Positions 39,554 through 48,968 of a stretch of DNA of 64,000 nucleotides are shown piece after piece; the first letter of the stretch is position 1; each line of letters begins with the position of its first letter. Below the pieces are notes generated by a model. The model was not told the DNA's origin. It worked only from the letters and a program-made list of their open reading frames with translations, and did no database searches. The stretch is taken from sequence record NC_042013.1; one strand, given 5' to 3'. A program made the position numbers and the translations under genes.

Positions 39554-41851
39554 TTAGGCAGTTTCGGTTTCGGTTGCTGCCATTACAAACTTTTCGCTAA
39601 AGGTGATGTTAATTTCACCTTCATTTGCATCGATGTAAGCGGTTCCGCCATTCTTCAATGCTCCAAAGAGCATTTCCTTAGAAAGCTTCTTCGTAACAAG
39701 CTCCTTGATAGTTTTGCGCATTGGCCGCGCACCCATCTTAGGATCATAACCCTTTACGGAGAGGAACTCAACCGCTTCTGGCGTAATCTCGATACGAACA
39801 CCCTTTGCCGATGCCATATCAGAAATTTCCTTAATGAACTTGTTAACAATGTTGCCCATAAGATCAGGCGTAAGGCCCTTGAATGGTACAACCGCGTCAA
39901 GTCGATTGCGGAATTCTGGTGCGAACAACCGGTTTACTTCCTTTTCGATGCTGTCGGAATTCGTACCGCCACCAAAACCAATGGTGTTACGTTCCGCGTC
40001 AGCCGCGCCAGCATTAGAAGTCAGGATCAACAGAACGTTGTTGAAATTGACGGTCTTACCAGATGCAGATGAAAGCTTGCCATCATCCATAACCTGAAGG
40101 AACATATTGAACACCATCGGATGTGCCTTTTCGATTTCGTCAAGGAGAAGAACCGAATAAGGATTGGTTTCGATATCGGAAACAAGCTTACCAGAGCCTG
40201 CCGCACCATCACCATAACCAACGTAACCGGGAGGGGAACCGATCAGCTTTGCAACCGAATGTGCTTCCATATATTCTGACATGTCATACTTAAGAAGCTT
40301 CATACCAAGGGTGTCCGCAATCTGGCGAGCCATTTCCGTCTTACCAACACCAGTCGGGCCTACAAAGAGGAACGAACCGAGTGTCTTGTTAGATGGGCGA
40401 AGTCCTGCGCGGCTTTCATAAACGCTTTCCGTAAGAACTTCAATAGCCTTTTCCTGACCGAAAACATTATTGCGAAGATCGTCTTCCAAATGTTCAAGCT
40501 TGTCAACCTCAGATGACTGAACGGTGTTTGTCGGAATCTTTGCAATCTTGCTTACTTCAAGCTCAACCTCATTGACGCCGATAATGGTCTTACGTTCACC
40601 TTCTGGTGCAATACGCTGTGTTGCGCCTGCCGCATCAATAATGTCAAATGCCTTGTCAGGGAAATAACGATTTGTGATGTAACGCGCCGCAAGATCAACA
40701 ACCGTATCAATCGCCTCATTGGTATACGTGACCTGATGGAAGTCTTCATAAACCCGCTTTGCGCCATTGAGAATACGCTTAGTATCTTCAACCGAAGGTT
40801 CGTTTACGTCGATCCGGTTGAACCGGCGAGCAAAAGCCTTGTCCTTTTCAAAATACTTGCGATACTCATCAAAGGTCGTGGAACCAATGCAACGAAGGCC
40901 ACCGCGTGCAAGCGCAGGCTTAAGAATGTTTGCAATATCCATACCAGAACCAGAACCGGAACCAGTTTCCATAATCATATGAATTTCGTCAATGAAAAGG
41001 ATAACCTTCTGCTTTTCTTCTTCCGTAAGGAATTCGATAGCCTTGATAACCATCTGAACACGCTCTTCCATATCACCCCGGAAACGTGCGCCAGCCATAA
41101 TAGCGGTTACGTTAAGGGAGTAAATGGTAGCGCCCTGAATTACTTCAGGAACTTCATTATCATTGATAAGCTTTGCAAGACCTTCAACGATTGCGGTTTT
41201 ACCAACGCCCTCGGGGCCAGAGAGAACTGTGTTGTTCTTCGTACGGCGTGCCGTGGTCTTGACGAGTTCGTGGATTTCCGTTTCGCGGCCAATCAGAGGA
41301 TCGATTTTTGCGGCCTTTGCACGTTCATTCAGGTTAGTGGTATATTCAGCAAGAACCTTGAGAACCTGATCAAGCTGACCCTTCTTGGATTGTGCAGATG
41401 GACCCTTACGAGTCGAAGGCGCGGCTTCTTCCGGTCCCATATATGTACGGATTGCCTGCTGAGTGATGCCTCGCTCGTTCATAAACTTTACAACGTAAAC
41501 ATCACGAACGCTGAGAATATTGTAAAGAAGTTCAATACCGCCAAAGGTGGTAACGCCGCTGAACATAGAATTTGCAAGCGTTGCCTGAATGACTTCATCA
41601 ATCGCTTTAGTAGGGCGAGGATTGTCAGTTGCGCGGATCGAAAGGTGACCAGATTGGAAGAAAAGTTTGATGTCAGCAAATACTGCATTTACATCAACCC
41701 GCGAAGCCTTAAGGAAATCGTTTACATCTTCTTCCTGAAGGCAAACCGCCGCAAGGTGCTCAACCGTTACAAACTCGTGCTTGTTTTGGATAGCGAGCTT
41801 TTTTGCCTGTTCGGCAATAGCTGTGAGGCGGTCAGCGTTATAATCACTCAT
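39554..41851 (-). CDS. clpA: ClpA-type AAA+ unfoldase
   Basis: N-domain HEFVTVEHL, DPLIGR, GPEGVGKT, FIDEIH, GPTGVGKT, LLDEIEKAH, IGF loop, no ClpB M-domain; start ATG 41851. Confidence 0.92.
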   Translation of the reverse strand: MSDYNADRLTAIAEQAKKLAIQNKHEFVTVEHLAAVCLQEEDVNDFLKASRVDVNAVFADIKLFFQSGHLSIRATDNPRPTKAIDEVIQATLANSMFSGVTTFGGIELLYNILSVRDVYVVKFMNERGITQQAIRTYMGPEEAAPSTRKGPSAQSKKGQLDQVLKVLAEYTTNLNERAKAAKIDPLIGRETEIHELVKTTARRTKNNTVLSGPEGVGKTAIVEGLAKLINDNEVPEVIQGATIYSLNVTAIMAGARFRGDMEERVQMVIKAIEFLTEEEKQKVILFIDEIHMIMETGSGSGSGMDIANILKPALARGGLRCIGSTTFDEYRKYFEKDKAFARRFNRIDVNEPSVEDTKRILNGAKRVYEDFHQVTYTNEAIDTVVDLAARYITNRYFPDKAFDIIDAAGATQRIAPEGERKTIIGVNEVELEVSKIAKIPTNTVQSSEVDKLEHLEDDLRNNVFGQEKAIEVLTESVYESRAGLRPSNKTLGSFLFVGPTGVGKTEMARQIADTLGMKLLKYDMSEYMEAHSVAKLIGSPPGYVGYGDGAAGSGKLVSDIETNPYSVLLLDEIEKAHPMVFNMFLQVMDDGKLSSASGKTVNFNNVLLILTSNAGAADAERNTIGFGGGTNSDSIEKEVNRLFAPEFRNRLDAVVPFKGLTPDLMGNIVNKFIKEISDMASAKGVRIEITPEAVEFLSVKGYDPKMGARPMRKTIKELVTKKLSKEMLFGALKNGGTAYIDANEGEINITFSEKFVMAATETETA

Positions 41852-41862
41852 TAATGTTTCCT

Positions 41863-41916
41863 TTCGTTTATGATGAATTACGATCATCAAAATATACGAT
41901 TAGAAACGAATGTCAA
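41863..41916 (-). promoter_or_regulatory. sigma70-like promoter in a hairpin abutting the clpA RBS
   Basis: TTGACA-N16-TATTTT; TTCGTTT / AAACGAA (7 bp) plus inner TGATGA / TCATCA. Confidence 0.55.
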
Positions 41917-41924
41917 CCAAAAAA

Positions 41925-42731
41925 TTATGCCTTAATCTTTTTTATTGCATCAAGCTGACGTTCATTAAGCTGAGGAGGAATAAGATGTACTTGAATATAA
42001 AGATCGCCATACGAATTGCCATATGGCATACCCTTACCAGAAAGGCGAAGCGTTTTACCGTGTTCCACATTAGGAGGAATTTTTACAGCTACTTTGGTTT
42101 CATCGATTAATTCTAAGTCCACCGTTGTGCCTAATATCGCATCGATGTAATCAATATAAATGGTAGTGATTAAATTCACTCCATCAACAAAAAATTGCAT
42201 ATCTTGCAAAACACGAATCGTAATTACCAAGTCACCGGGAGGGACGTCTTTAAATGTATCGTTTCCTTTTCCAGTAAAAAAGATCGACTGACCATCCATA
42301 ATACCGGGAGGGATTGTTATTGTAACAACGTTCGATTCTTTTCCTGATACAGAATAACTAATATCTGCCGTTTTGCCGTGATATGCTTCTTTCAATGAAA
42401 TGGCATATGTAAGACTAATATTTTTATTTGTTCTATGCGTGTAAAACGGGTTGGCGCGATTTCCTCGACGTTGCCCGAAAATATGACTGAAAATATCATC
42501 TACGTTTTCCGAATACGAAAATCCTCCATGATTAAAAGGATTCGGGTTATCATACTCGTGGCGTTTAGCTGCATCTTTCAAAATATCATATGCATTACCA
42601 AGTTCTTTAAACTTGGTATCGTCGCCGCCATTTTTATCTGGATGATATAATTTTGCTTTGTTTTTATACGCTGCTTTTATTTCTTCAGATGTCGCGGTTT
42701 TTGACACGCCTAAAATGTCATACGGATTCAT
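41925..42731 (-). CDS. dnaJ: DnaJ/CbpA-like co-chaperone (no Zn finger)
   Basis: J domain with HPD, G/F region, C-terminal DnaJ repeats. Confidence 0.92.
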   Translation of the reverse strand: MNPYDILGVSKTATSEEIKAAYKNKAKLYHPDKNGGDDTKFKELGNAYDILKDAAKRHEYDNPNPFNHGGFSYSENVDDIFSHIFGQRRGNRANPFYTHRTNKNISLTYAISLKEAYHGKTADISYSVSGKESNVVTITIPPGIMDGQSIFFTGKGNDTFKDVPPGDLVITIRVLQDMQFFVDGVNLITTIYIDYIDAILGTTVDLELIDETKVAVKIPPNVEHGKTLRLSGKGMPYGNSYGDLYIQVHLIPPQLNERQLDAIKKIKA

Positions 42732-42740
42732 ATAGATGCC

Positions 42741-43070
42741 TTACTTTGTAACTTCTTGATAAAACACTATAACACGTTTCTGTTCTTTAATAAAGCGTCT
42801 TGTTTCATTCAAGTTATGAGAAAGATTGGCATATCCTGTTGGTGTTAACACGAAAATCGTATAATTCGGATCAGGATTAGCTTGTAATTCTGCTGCCTTT
42901 TCAATAACCTCTTTCGAAGTCAATACCTGCCATTGAACTGGACGAGTTTTTACGGGATTTGTCTGCGGTGCAATGATTGGCGTTTTGATCGCAGGTACAG
43001 GAACTACGTTAGTCGTAGTTTTAGTACAAGCTGCCAGAAATAATAATGGTAAAATGTATAATAATTTCAT
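42741..43070 (-). CDS. Outer-membrane lipoprotein, o-spanin (Rz1-like)
   Basis: Lipobox LAAC; Pro-rich; ATGA overlap with i-spanin. Confidence 0.7.
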   Translation of the reverse strand: MKLLYILPLLFLAACTKTTTNVVPVPAIKTPIIAPQTNPVKTRPVQWQVLTSKEVIEKAAELQANPDPNYTIFVLTPTGYANLSHNLNETRRFIKEQKRVIVFYQEVTK

Positions 43071-43450
43071 TTGCTTGTCTCCCTGATATCATCAAATACT
43101 TTTTTCATATTTTCATTAATAGAGCGTTCAAGTGCTTCACGGTCAGTGTTAGCCTCTTTTTCCCATTCAGTATTGTTGATGCGTTCTTCTTCATCGTCTG
43201 ATTCTTTACGGATATCTTGAATAGATTTCAAATATTCCTCATGAAGACGAGCTTGCTTTTCGGCATCTTTTTTGAGTTGATCTAATTGCTTTGTTTGTAA
43301 GTCGATGGTCATTTGCTGCTTTGCGTTTTCAGCCTCAAGTGTTTTGATATCTGAACGCAAAGAATCAATGTAAAAATATGCGATTACACCTACTACAGAT
43401 GCGATCAATCCAATGATTAAATAAACCTTTATGCTTGACAAAAATTTCAT
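43067..43450 (-). CDS. i-spanin (Rz-like)
   Basis: N-terminal TM helix plus long coiled coil; start ATG 43450. Confidence 0.7.
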   Translation of the reverse strand: MKFLSSIKVYLIIGLIASVVGVIAYFYIDSLRSDIKTLEAENAKQQMTIDLQTKQLDQLKKDAEKQARLHEEYLKSIQDIRKESDDEEERINNTEWEKEANTDREALERSINENMKKVFDDIRETSK

Positions 43451-43495
43451 TGTAATATACTCCAATATACAACGTATTTAGCTATAGGAGATTCC

Positions 43496-43867
43496 ATGCC
43501 GTCGATGACAACTGTTTCTTGTAAATGTTGCAAGGCAAATTTCCAAGCGAGAACTGCTGATGTAAAACGGGGTTGGGGAAAATTCTGTTCCAAATCTTGC
43601 AAGGCAAAAACTCAAGAAAAACGCACAGGTCAATATGCAAATTTGATCCACGGAAAACGAAAGAGTTCTAAAAATACAAAAAAGAATTATAAACGCCACG
43701 ATGGCGTTTCACCCATGAAATTTAAAAAATGTTGCCAATGTGGGAACGCGGCAGTTAACGGATATCACACCACAACCGGTATTGATTGGTTGTGCGCATA
43801 TCATTTTGATAGATATGATAATTCTCACCCGTTCAGTTCAGACGCGCTTGGACAATGGGATGATTAA
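43496..43867 (+). CDS. Zn-binding hypothetical protein
   Basis: CKCC...FCSKSC and CCQC...LCAYH. Confidence 0.65.
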   Translation: MPSMTTVSCKCCKANFQARTADVKRGWGKFCSKSCKAKTQEKRTGQYANLIHGKRKSSKNTKKNYKRHDGVSPMKFKKCCQCGNAAVNGYHTTTGIDWLCAYHFDRYDNSHPFSSDALGQWDD

Positions 43868-44073
43868 TGGCCCTTTTTAATTATCAAATAGAGGCTATTA
43901 TTGTTGCCCTTGGGGATGTGATCTTTTATTCAAATTCACAATACAGCCACGGCGATGCTGTGGCTGCTGCTATTGTTAAATTTCATAAACTATATCCCAA
44001 TTACGATATACCAAGCGATTTTGATTTCGCAAATGTAATTAAAAAATTGAAATTGAGATGTCCCAATAGATAA
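43867..44073 (+). CDS. Small hypothetical protein
   Basis: Coupled ORF. Confidence 0.5.
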   Translation: MALFNYQIEAIIVALGDVIFYSNSQYSHGDAVAAAIVKFHKLYPNYDIPSDFDFANVIKKLKLRCPNR

Positions 44074-44105
44074 AATGGTCTTCAGTTGATAATACGGAGG
44101 CTAAA

Positions 44106-44492
44106 ATGAGTTCTTATAAAATTCGTAAAACGAATAGGAAAAAATTAGAAAACGCATTTATTAAAATCTATCGCGAGGAATCTCTAGTCAAAAACGATAG
44201 TAAATGCGTATATTGCCGGGAACCATTAACCTATAGATGCGTCACTGCCGATCACGTTACTCCAAAATCGGAAGGTGGTTTGAACCAAAAAGAAAACATA
44301 GTGGCATCTTGCCGAGATTGCAATCAAGCAAAAGCATCTATGCCAAAAGGAAAATTCACCAAGCTATTGAATTCAACTTTTCCAAGCGGTCAACCAATTA
44401 ACATACTCATGGCTTGGTCCAGAAGACGTTTAAACTTACAAACTGAACGTTCTTGTAAAAAAATTCTTGCATCTGTTGGAAGAAAAGAGTAA
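44106..44492 (+). CDS. HNH endonuclease
   Basis: CVYC...TADHVTPKSEGG...NIVASCRDCNQAKA. Confidence 0.88.
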   Translation: MSSYKIRKTNRKKLENAFIKIYREESLVKNDSKCVYCREPLTYRCVTADHVTPKSEGGLNQKENIVASCRDCNQAKASMPKGKFTKLLNSTFPSGQPINILMAWSRRRLNLQTERSCKKILASVGRKE

Positions 44493-44505
44493 ATATAAAT
44501 AACAA

Positions 44506-44598
44506 GGAACGTTGGCCGAGTCAGGTTTAAGGCAGCACATTGCTAACGTGTCGTGCGTTAATAGCGTACCAGAAGTTCGAATCTTCTACGTTCCGCCA
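44506..44598 (+). tRNA. tRNA-Ser (anticodon GCU)
   Basis: GGAACGT / ACGTTCC acceptor stem, loop TTGCTAA, long variable arm, TTCGAAT T-loop, G73 discriminator, encoded CCA; TATAAATA at 44494-44501. Confidence 0.93.
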
Positions 44599-44608
44599 CT
44601 ATTTTCTC

Positions 44609-44660
44609 TTGACATTTAATTTCATTAATATACTATGTTAGTATCGAAACGACATAGGAG
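44609..44660 (+). promoter_or_regulatory. sigma70-like early promoter with ATCGAAAC start element
   Basis: TTGACA-N16-TACTAT; ATCGAAAC at the same offset (34) as at 5731 and 6153; CTATGT / ACATAG pairing over the RBS. Confidence 0.7.
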
Positions 44661-44666
44661 ATATTA

Positions 44667-44894
44667 ATGCTTCGTCATAGTAGCGCCTTTAAAACGGATG
44701 TATCCTATTTTAACACTCTTAAGAACCAAAATAAAAAGAGAATTTTGGTTCTTACAAAAGATGATAAGATAAGATATGTCGTCCTTTCCAATAAACAACA
44801 TTACAACAGTGTTATTAAATCGTTTGATTCAAAATGGTTTAAAACTCTTATTGTTGTTCATTCCAAGATAAACGAAAAGGCAAAAATCAAATGA
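44667..44894 (+). CDS. Hypothetical basic protein
   Basis: AGGAG RBS. Confidence 0.6.
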   Translation: MLRHSSAFKTDVSYFNTLKNQNKKRILVLTKDDKIRYVVLSNKQHYNSVIKSFDSKWFKTLIVVHSKINEKAKIK

Positions 44895-45223
44895 ATACCG
44901 ATAACGCCTCACCTGAAACAGTTCTAATGGAACTTCTTATTTGTGCAACTTCTTGGCAAGGCGAGGCACGAATAATCGGCAATATTCGAGCAATGGACAT
45001 TGCCCGTGCTATCACTCACGTATTTGAGAATAAAATAACGGTTGATGTTAGTAAGATGGTCGCCGCAGATGGCGTTACGTATTACGTTATAGCACATTGT
45101 AATGGCCGAGATTTTACTCTGTCGTCATACACGCAAAGAAATCGTGCAGAATATGATGCTGCTTGTTTTGATTATCTCGTGAATGGTGGTGAGGAACCTG
45201 ATATTATGGAGTATCCAGATTGA
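44891..45223 (+). CDS. Hypothetical protein
   Basis: Coupled ORF. Confidence 0.65.
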   Translation: MNTDNASPETVLMELLICATSWQGEARIIGNIRAMDIARAITHVFENKITVDVSKMVAADGVTYYVIAHCNGRDFTLSSYTQRNRAEYDAACFDYLVNGGEEPDIMEYPD

Positions 45224-45507
45224 AATTGTACTTGTGGGATTCTGTTGCCCTGAAGCAATATAGAAATGGTGACATTATCGTTGTTGCTAATAACGAAATT
45301 GAAGCAAGGGAGAAAGCCCTTGAATACGTTCACGAATACGTAAGATCGTCAAAATCAAATTATAGCTATTGGTTTTTTTCTGATGGGTCTGTTGATGAAA
45401 TGTTTGTAGAAGATTATTTGGATTTCATAAATAAATTGGAACTTGATCTATCTAGAAAATGCTTGATCATTGATAACGGCGTTATTTTCATTAATGGTTC
45501 AGAATAA
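45220..45507 (+). CDS. Hypothetical protein
   Basis: GDIIVVANNEIEAREKA. Confidence 0.65.
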   Translation: MKLYLWDSVALKQYRNGDIIVVANNEIEAREKALEYVHEYVRSSKSNYSYWFFSDGSVDEMFVEDYLDFINKLELDLSRKCLIIDNGVIFINGSE

Positions 45508-45511
45508 AGAC

Positions 45512-45565
45512 TTGACTTTATGTAGAGATATTATATTATACCTTTAATGTAAAACAAGGAGGTGT
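45512..45565 (+). promoter_or_regulatory. sigma70-like promoter with anti-SD discriminator
   Basis: TTGACT-N16-TATTAT; ATACCTT pairs with GAGGTGT. Confidence 0.55.
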
Positions 45566-45568
45566 TAT

Positions 45569-46459
45569 ATGCCGGTTATCGCTACATCACTGATCGTTCT
45601 TTTTATCAACATCATTTTGGTATGGTGGAACGGCCATCCTGTTTTTACGTCTGATTCAACTCCATTCTTTTTTTCATTCGTTGGATGGATTTTTCTGGTA
45701 ATTTTTCTTTTCATTCTGCGTGGATGGTATGTCACGACCGGTCTTCTTATCTTTCCGTTGATTGCTATTGGCCTGTCTATTGTTTCTATTTTTACTACAG
45801 GTAGCTTCTCCTCTTGGGCAGATAACGCAGTTATTCGCCCTGAAAAGACAGTAAGAGAAACTTCAAATTTTTCCGCCGACATGTCAATCTTTACATACGG
45901 CGGTGATAATAATGGATTGTATGTTGAGATTACAAATAACTCTAACAATTTGCTTGATTATGTTAGAATAAGTTGTGATTTTATGTACAATTCTACGGAC
46001 GTTGCCACCACAAAAACTGCATTGGTATATACCGTTAACAACATCCATAGTAAGTATCTTACACCGGGACTTCGCTATCAGAAACAACTGTTTTCTTCTG
46101 CGGAAATGACGCGGTTTCGTGTTAATGCAAGTGACTCTAAATGCCGTATGATCGATGCTACGTTTGTCAAGGTTGACCGATTTGATATTGACATTAAAGT
46201 TTATATGGATCGGAAATTTGATTTGCCGCGCTTTGACATTACTAACAATAGCGATTTTGCTATTTCTAACATCATTCTTCTTTGCACGTATTCGAATGGT
46301 AAAAATAAGCAAATGCCTGCAAAAGAATGGAATGTACCAACGGATTCGAGGAAAACGCCTTTGCAGCCGGGTGAAACTAGGCTATACTATTCGGCAGATA
46401 AAAACGTGTTTGATGTAATTAGCTGTTCATTGGTTACGGCTAAAAAAATTGAAAGGTAA
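45569..46459 (+). CDS. Membrane protein with duplicated periplasmic Ig-like domains
   Basis: Three N-terminal TM helices; two (V/F)(E/D)ITNNS...C repeats. Confidence 0.7.
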   Translation: MPVIATSLIVLFINIILVWWNGHPVFTSDSTPFFFSFVGWIFLVIFLFILRGWYVTTGLLIFPLIAIGLSIVSIFTTGSFSSWADNAVIRPEKTVRETSNFSADMSIFTYGGDNNGLYVEITNNSNNLLDYVRISCDFMYNSTDVATTKTALVYTVNNIHSKYLTPGLRYQKQLFSSAEMTRFRVNASDSKCRMIDATFVKVDRFDIDIKVYMDRKFDLPRFDITNNSDFAISNIILLCTYSNGKNKQMPAKEWNVPTDSRKTPLQPGETRLYYSADKNVFDVISCSLVTAKKIER

Positions 46460-46467
46460 CAGAATTA

Positions 46468-46932
46468 ATGAATACCCTATTTTGTGATTTGGACGGAGTT
46501 CTCGTAAATTTTGAGGCAGGTTTTTATGATAACTTCAACGTCCCCCATAGTTCTGTACCGGAAGATGAAGCATGGGATATGATCGAAAATCATCATATGC
46601 ATTGGGATAATCTCCCACCAATGGATGATTGGAATATGCTGTGGTCATACATCAAGAAATATAAGCCTATCATCCTAACTGGTTGTCCTCGTATTGGTCA
46701 TGATATTGCGGCTGCTGGAAAGCGCGAGTGGGTAAAAAAGCACCTTGGTAGTGACGTCCCTGTAATTACTTGTTTCTCAAAAGACAAGCAGCTACACATG
46801 AAAAACAAAGGTGACGTATTAATCGATGATCTCGTGAAAAACATCAAGAGGTGGAAAGAGGCGGGCGGTAATGGTCTACTGCACGTAGATTCGTTGTCAA
46901 CGATTGGCAAACTCAAGGAACTTGGATGGTAA
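46468..46932 (+). CDS. HAD-family 5'(3')-deoxyribonucleotidase (NT5C-like)
   Basis: DLDGVL, ILTG, GKREW, LIDD. Confidence 0.88.
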   Translation: MNTLFCDLDGVLVNFEAGFYDNFNVPHSSVPEDEAWDMIENHHMHWDNLPPMDDWNMLWSYIKKYKPIILTGCPRIGHDIAAAGKREWVKKHLGSDVPVITCFSKDKQLHMKNKGDVLIDDLVKNIKRWKEAGGNGLLHVDSLSTIGKLKELGW

Positions 46933-47291
46933 ATAACGAGTCCCACTTGCTGTTTGATATAGTGGTTGGAGAGGTGTTTTTTATAAAAATAGCTCTCGCC
47001 ACCTCTTTCTTATCATTGGTTATTATAATGATTAGTGGATTGTATTGGATGGTAGCAGTGGATATTGTTATCTTCTCGTTGTTTTTTGCCGCAATACAAC
47101 AACGTTCCATTTCTAAATATTGGTGCTTATATTCTTTTCACAAATTCATTATCCGTAATGATAGGCAGCGCGCATATATGGATAATATCGATATTAGTGA
47201 TAAAATATGTTGCCCATCGTATCTATATGACCAAGACGCGGTAGTTTTGAGATACGAACACGACACGTTGGCGTTAAGATTAATGGAATAA
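46926..47291 (+). CDS. Membrane-anchored hypothetical protein (possible paralogue-family member)
   Basis: Two TM helices; ends VVLRYEHDTLALRLM. Confidence 0.5.
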   Translation: MVNNESHLLFDIVVGEVFFIKIALATSFLSLVIIMISGLYWMVAVDIVIFSLFFAAIQQRSISKYWCLYSFHKFIIRNDRQRAYMDNIDISDKICCPSYLYDQDAVVLRYEHDTLALRLME

Positions 47292-47294
47292 AAA

Positions 47295-47618
47295 ATGACA
47301 GAAACACTTGCAAATTATATTACCGAATATCTAAACGAAATGAAACAGGAAAACGAAAAGTTTCTAATTGAATTTCCGTTTTTCTGGTTGCCCCCGTTTC
47401 AGGAAAAATACACCAATGCGAATCACCTTACCTATAAAGATTTCGGTGATATCATTGATAAAAGTAATGAATTAACAGAAAAAATAAAACAATATGTCTC
47501 GGTTGAGGACTTCCTCGCATTTGATACGCGATTCGGCGGCGAATACAAGGAATATTCTCTTGGCATTCTTTTCAGAAATGAAGACGATAAATTAACTGCT
47601 ATGCTCGCGTGCGGATAG
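47295..47618 (+). CDS. Paralogue-family protein
   Basis: Ends GILFRNEDDKLTAML. Confidence 0.65.
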   Translation: MTETLANYITEYLNEMKQENEKFLIEFPFFWLPPFQEKYTNANHLTYKDFGDIIDKSNELTEKIKQYVSVEDFLAFDTRFGGEYKEYSLGILFRNEDDKLTAMLACG

Positions 47619-47991
47619 CCTTAATCGCTCGCTTGATATATTCATCTGTTTGATGAACCAAATTATGGGGGAGATTTTCCAGATGAAAAATCTCAACATT
47701 TTCGTCTGTTGTTGTCATCACAAAATCAATATCTTCTGACGAAATTGCAAAAACGTCTATTGTGAAATCCGGTCCTTTTGATGTTACTACTGGTATCCAA
47801 TCTTCTGGTGAGGTTTCAACCGACGTCTCCTCGAGGAATTCTCTTGCCATAGCTTGATTGCCGGTCTCGCCATCTTCTATTTTTCCACCAACCAAGTTAT
47901 ACTGGCCTGCTTGCCAAGTGGGAGTTTTTTTCAAAATCAAACACAACCTTGTTAATTCAAGATCGAACATTGCACCAAGAACATATTTCAT
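47599..47991 (-). CDS. Nudix hydrolase (MutT-like)
   Basis: GGKIEDGETGNQAMAREFLEET. Confidence 0.85.
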   Translation of the reverse strand: MKYVLGAMFDLELTRLCLILKKTPTWQAGQYNLVGGKIEDGETGNQAMAREFLEETSVETSPEDWIPVVTSKGPDFTIDVFAISSEDIDFVMTTTDENVEIFHLENLPHNLVHQTDEYIKRAIKAIRTRA

Positions 47992-48038
47992 ATTACACCT
48001 AAATACAATAAACAGTTAATTATGAAGGATATCACGTT

Positions 48039-48245
48039 ATGGGAGATAAAGTCAAATTTATTGATATTGGAAGCAAATCTATTAATGCATACGACATCGT
48101 CGCCCATTACATTGTAGACCAATCATATGTGATCGACTTGGTTTCAGACCGCCATATATTTAATAGCCCTGTTGACATCGCTGACCCTGAAGCTACTAAA
48201 CAAGAGGTATCTGATATAATAACTCAAATTGAAAATGATCAATAA
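48039..48245 (+). CDS. Small hypothetical protein
   Basis: GAAGGA RBS; TAAATA at 48000-48005. Confidence 0.55.
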   Translation: MGDKVKFIDIGSKSINAYDIVAHYIVDQSYVIDLVSDRHIFNSPVDIADPEATKQEVSDIITQIENDQ

Positions 48246-48968
48246 TCAAAGAACGAAATGGGCGGTCTTTCCAGTTTCGGATACTACAGCATATCCCTCT
48301 TCTGCTTTATAGACAGCATAGTCGTGACCAAAAATTCTTTGTAAATTTTCAACCATAAAATCAAAATCTTTTCTAAAATTCATGTTAGAAACGTGTTGAT
48401 AATGTTTACTAAATTCGTCAAAACTTTCATATAACGTTGTTTTAAAACGATGAGTTGAACGGCCATCGCCAATTATGACATTGCCTTCGTTAAGAGATAA
48501 CGTTCTAACGTTACTATTTGATACAAAATTTTTCAACGATTCCGCCAAATCCTCTTCAGCATTTGGCTTAGGATCGGTTCTTAATAACACGTGCAAAATA
48601 GTTTTATCAAGTTTGAAAACTTTTTCATGTTTGTAATACGTAAATTGCCAATCTTCGATGTTCGTTAACGCAGTCACATCTGCAATGATTGAAAGTATTT
48701 TGTTCTCGGTTTCAGTATTTCTTAGAATTTCAACAAAAACCATAAAGTAACCGTTTTCGTTGGCAGCAACTGATACCTCTGTATCAAGAATAGCCATCGC
48801 ACTTTTTTGAATAAAGCGATTGAGGTCTTTTGCTGCGAGTTCGTGTTTTACATAAAACCCAACCACTACCGCGTCATCATCGATTTTTGATTCAAATTCG
48901 TCTATTGATACAACAGGGAGAACTAGGTCAGCTAGATCGCCTGCTGCCAAACCTTCAACTATTTTCAT
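48246..48968 (-). CDS. Hypothetical protein
   Basis: L.EGL..GDL..LV...SIDEFESKI...VVVGF. Confidence 0.75.
   Translation of the reverse strand: MKIVEGLAAGDLADLVLPVVSIDEFESKIDDDAVVVGFYVKHELAAKDLNRFIQKSAMAILDTEVSVAANENGYFMVFVEILRNTETENKILSIIADVTALTNIEDWQFTYYKHEKVFKLDKTILHVLLRTDPKPNAEEDLAESLKNFVSNSNVRTLSLNEGNVIIGDGRSTHRFKTTLYESFDEFSKHYQHVSNMNFRKDFDFMVENLQRIFGHDYAVYKAEEGYAVVSETGKTAHFVL

Noticed and set aside
40736-41854. 372-aa antisense ORF over clpA, and similar ones at 18180-18905 and 4253-4804
   Set aside because: Antisense shadows of strongly supported genes
43451-43495. CTCC..TAAATA..GGAG upstream of the spanins; similar at 28855-28882 and 47985-48030
   Set aside because: Divergent-gene RBS or start symmetry is enough to explain the pairing, and the stems are short
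43478-43699. 73-aa minus-strand hydrophobic ORF
   Set aside because: Antisense to a better-supported Zn-binding gene with an RBS
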